Assembly (NCBI GenBank): GCA_044440125.1
Contig: JBITAJ010000008.1
Span: 1-64,000 of the forward strand
DNA from: Sedimentisphaeraceae bacterium JB056
GTDB taxonomy: Bacteria > Planctomycetota > Phycisphaerae > Sedimentisphaerales > Sedimentisphaeraceae
Direction: 5' to 3'
DNA length: 64,000 nucleotides
Part shown: positions 61,264 to 64,000 of the stretch, piece by piece
Layout of the letters: every line of letters starts with the position of its first letter
Numbering within the stretch: the stretch's first letter is position 1
Position numbers and translations under genes: made by a program
Notes under the pieces: generated by a model
Database searches by the model: none
What the model was told of the DNA's origin: nothing
What the model saw: only the letters and a program-made list of their open reading frames with translations

Positions 61264-61920
61264 ATGTTTACAGGTTTAGTAGAAAAAATAGGTACCGTTA
61301 CAAGTCTAAGGAAAAGCGGCAACGGAATGATAATCAGGATTGACGTTGGCGATCTTTCCAGGAATATTTCAATTGGTGACAGTGTCGCGGTAAATGGAGT
61401 TTGCCTTACGGCGACAAGCATCTCAGGAGTAAATGTAGATTTTGACGTAAGCCTTGAAACTTTGAACAGTTCAACAACCGGAAGCCTCAAAAGTTCAGAC
61501 AAAGTCAATCTTGAACTTGCAATGAGCGCAAATGGCAGATTTGGTGGACATATTGTACAGGGGCATGTTGATGGCATTGGTATTGTAAAAAACATCAAAG
61601 AGTCTAACGGTTTTTATGAACTCTCGGTATCTTTGAACAACGATATGATGAAGTATATAGTCAAAAAGGGTTCGATTTCAGTAAGTGGAATAAGCCTTAC
61701 GATTGCATCGGTCTTGGATGACGGTTTCACAGTGGCAGTTATACCTGTGACGTGGCAAGATACAATCCTGCAATATATGAAGCCCGGCGATAAGGTTAAT
61801 ATAGAAGCAGATCTTATAGTAAAGACAATACGTGCACAATTGACGCAAATGCTCCAGGACGACAGCGGTAATAATAATTCTTTGACTTTAGATAAACTTA
61901 AGCAAATGGGTTTTTGTTAA
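61264..61920 (+). CDS. ribE: Riboflavin synthase (alpha chain)
   Basis: MFTG start, GDSVAVNGVCLT, VNLE, GGHIVQGHVD, KGSI...SLT. Confidence 0.95.
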   Translation: MFTGLVEKIGTVTSLRKSGNGMIIRIDVGDLSRNISIGDSVAVNGVCLTATSISGVNVDFDVSLETLNSSTTGSLKSSDKVNLELAMSANGRFGGHIVQGHVDGIGIVKNIKESNGFYELSVSLNNDMMKYIVKKGSISVSGISLTIASVLDDGFTVAVIPVTWQDTILQYMKPGDKVNIEADLIVKTIRAQLTQMLQDDSGNNNSLTLDKLKQMGFC

Positions 61921-62927
61921 TGGTGTTTCATAAAAATAGTGTAATAGGCATAACAATGGGTGACCTCAACGGCATAGGCCCTGAGATTATCGTCAAAGCG
62001 TTAAGTGATCCATATATCCGCTCAATGGCAGAATTTGTAATATACGGGACCGAATCGCATCTTCAGTCTGCAGCTAATAAATGCGGTATTGACAGATTCT
62101 GGGTTAGCCAGCCTTCGGAAAAACTTGACACTGATTTGGTCAAGGGCGTTGTACTGGCGGATTATCAGTTTGAATATAAGCCAGATATAAAAAAACCTGA
62201 CAGAGAATCAGGTGAGGCATCTCTTAAGTTTTGCAATGATGCAATTGATGCGGCTTTACGAAATGACATAGATGCAATAGTAACTGCTCCAATAAATAAA
62301 CTAAGCTGGAAACTCGCAGGAGCTAAATGGCCCGGTCACACGGAGCTTTTAGCAGAAAAGTGCGGTACCGACCAAAAGGCTATGATGTTTGTTGCAGGCA
62401 AAATCAAGCTTGCATTAGCTACTATACATGAAGCATTGTTTGATGTTAAGCACAGACTTGATATTGCAAGCGTAGCAAATAGCATAAGACTGCTTAACCA
62501 AGCCTTGATAAATTATTTTGGTATTAACAAGCCCTCAATCGCAGTGGCAGCTTTGAATCCTCATGCCGGTGAAGAAGGGCGGTTTGGCGATGAGGAATGC
62601 ACTATAATTTCACCCGCGATTGAACTTGCGAGAGAAGAGGGTGTAAATGCTTCTGGTCCGTTTCCTGCCGATACTCTTTTCCTCAAAGCAAGCAGGGGAG
62701 ATTATGACGGAGTTGTCGCAATGTATCACGATCAGGGGATGATTCCGGTGAAATTAATGGCATTCGCTGACGCCGTAAATGTTACAATCGGACTTCCGAT
62801 ACTTCGTACATCCCCGGCGCACGGTACTGCATTTGATATTGCCGGAGAATCAATTGCTGATGCCTCCAGCATGAAGAGAGCGATAGAAGTGGCAGTGAAA
62901 ATGGCAATTTTGAGGGGGAAATACTAA
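61914..62927 (+). CDS. pdxA: 4-hydroxythreonine-4-phosphate dehydrogenase (start probably 61920)
   Basis: ITMGDLNGIGPE, TAPINK, GHTE, LNPHAGE, MYHDQG, RTSPAHGTAFDIAG. Confidence 0.93.
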   Translation: MLMVFHKNSVIGITMGDLNGIGPEIIVKALSDPYIRSMAEFVIYGTESHLQSAANKCGIDRFWVSQPSEKLDTDLVKGVVLADYQFEYKPDIKKPDRESGEASLKFCNDAIDAALRNDIDAIVTAPINKLSWKLAGAKWPGHTELLAEKCGTDQKAMMFVAGKIKLALATIHEALFDVKHRLDIASVANSIRLLNQALINYFGINKPSIAVAALNPHAGEEGRFGDEECTIISPAIELAREEGVNASGPFPADTLFLKASRGDYDGVVAMYHDQGMIPVKLMAFADAVNVTIGLPILRTSPAHGTAFDIAGESIADASSMKRAIEVAVKMAILRGKY

Positions 62928-63817
62928 TGCAAACCAAGCAGCAGATACAGCAAATACTTGCAAGTATTGGAGCCAGACCGGATAAAAAGCTTGGTCAAAA
63001 TTTTCTTATAGATATTAATCTGATTAATTTTCTGCTTGATAAAGCGTGCATAAAGCCAAAAGACACGGTTTTCGAAATAGGCTGCGGCACAGGAACGCTT
63101 ACCGAAGGTCTTGCAGAAAGGGCCGGCAGGGTTATAGTGGTTGAATACGACAAATTACTTTCTGCAGCAGTCGCAAATATGTTCTCAGATATAGAACATG
63201 TTACTATCATAAATGGTGATGCTCTTGACGGCAAAAATTCAATTAATCGACAAGCAATTGAATTAATAAGTGAAAGCCAGAAAAATCTTGGCGGCAGAGT
63301 ATTGCTGGTTGCAAACCTCCCATACAATATAGCGGCCTCTGCCATGATGAATCTGGTAACAGCCCCCCCAATAGCTGATGAAATGTATGTTACCATACAA
63401 AAAGAAGTAGCTCAAAGGATGGCTTCACGTAATGGTGACGAACTTTACGGCATACTGAGCGTAATTATGGGGGCAACTGGTAACGTAAAAATATTGAAAA
63501 AGCTTGGTCAAAATGTTTTTTGGCCTGCACCTAAAATAGACTCTGCAATGGTTCAGTACATTCGTGACGAAGATAAAATATCAAAAATATGCGACATTGA
63601 TGTTTTCAGGCAGGTAGTGTCGCTGTTTTTAGGCCACCGCCGGAAAACTCTTCGTGCGTGTACTAAATTAGCAGACCAAAGACTTGGCGATATTGAAATA
63701 TGGCCTCAGATTTTTGAATCTTCAGGGATAGACTCACAATTAAGGGCTGAAAAATTACCGCCTGAGGATTTTGTTAAACTGGCTAACACTATTGTTGCCT
63801 TGGCTTCTTCGGTATAG
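62927..63817 (+). CDS. rsmA: 16S rRNA m6,2A dimethyltransferase
   Basis: KKLGQNFLID, EIGCGTG, ANLPYNI, QKEVA, FWPAPKIDS, RRKTL. Confidence 0.95.
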   Translation: MQTKQQIQQILASIGARPDKKLGQNFLIDINLINFLLDKACIKPKDTVFEIGCGTGTLTEGLAERAGRVIVVEYDKLLSAAVANMFSDIEHVTIINGDALDGKNSINRQAIELISESQKNLGGRVLLVANLPYNIAASAMMNLVTAPPIADEMYVTIQKEVAQRMASRNGDELYGILSVIMGATGNVKILKKLGQNVFWPAPKIDSAMVQYIRDEDKISKICDIDVFRQVVSLFLGHRRKTLRACTKLADQRLGDIEIWPQIFESSGIDSQLRAEKLPPEDFVKLANTIVALASSV

Positions 63818-63845
63818 AAATTAATTTATACGAAAGGATGTAAGG

Positions 63846-64000
63846 ATGTCTTACAAACGTTTTACTGCGATAGTGATACTTTTTGTTCTTGCAACTGGAT
63901 ATATGGTATCTGCTTCAGAGCAAATTCTTGGAGGTAATTTGTGGGGCGGTCTCAGTATAAAGAATATCAAATACAATGCACCTCTGGAGATAACAACTCA
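63846..64000 (+). CDS. Exported protein, N-terminus only (truncated by window end)
   Basis: AAGGA upstream; MSYKRFTAIVILFVLATGYMVSASEQ... signal-peptide-like; open to the window end. Confidence 0.55.
   Translation, partial: MSYKRFTAIVILFVLATGYMVSASEQILGGNLWGGLSIKNIKYNAPLEITT

Overview
Bacterial chromosomal window, AT-rich, inferred to come from an anaerobic planctomycete (Phycisphaerae/Sedimentisphaerales-like). That inference rests on a secreted protein with a dockerin-like C-terminus, an H-X9-DG-like ORF, DUF4056 and a UroD-family protein. The first ~3.3 kb is an accessory patch: the start of an IS66 transposase, a 5'-truncated IS5/IS4-like transposase bracketed by CTGACCCCTTTAATTC repeats, small AT-rich ORFans (one split by a single in-frame TGA), and a ~99-bp MITE with a 6-bp target duplication whose second copy lies at 42.5 kb. 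The rest is mostly housekeeping and metabolic: comM, hisD, cysD-tauE-cysN, tRNA-Arg(CCT), a homocysteine methyltransferase with a CobW-like GTPase, nth, namZ/serine hydrolase/GH20, dapA, pdxJ, rimO, PPi-PFK, an 8-gene MoxR-vWA-Bat operon, metY, tal-glgP-xfp, rnpA, ribE-pdxA-rsmA. The most notable locus is a tightly coupled operon of hybrid histidine kinase, VanZ, bimodular NRPS and PPTase. The NRPS has the architecture A-T-C-(half C)-A-T-TE, with a Cys-nucleophile thioesterase and an unusual second adenylation pocket. All calls come from reading motifs by eye; no database searches were run.
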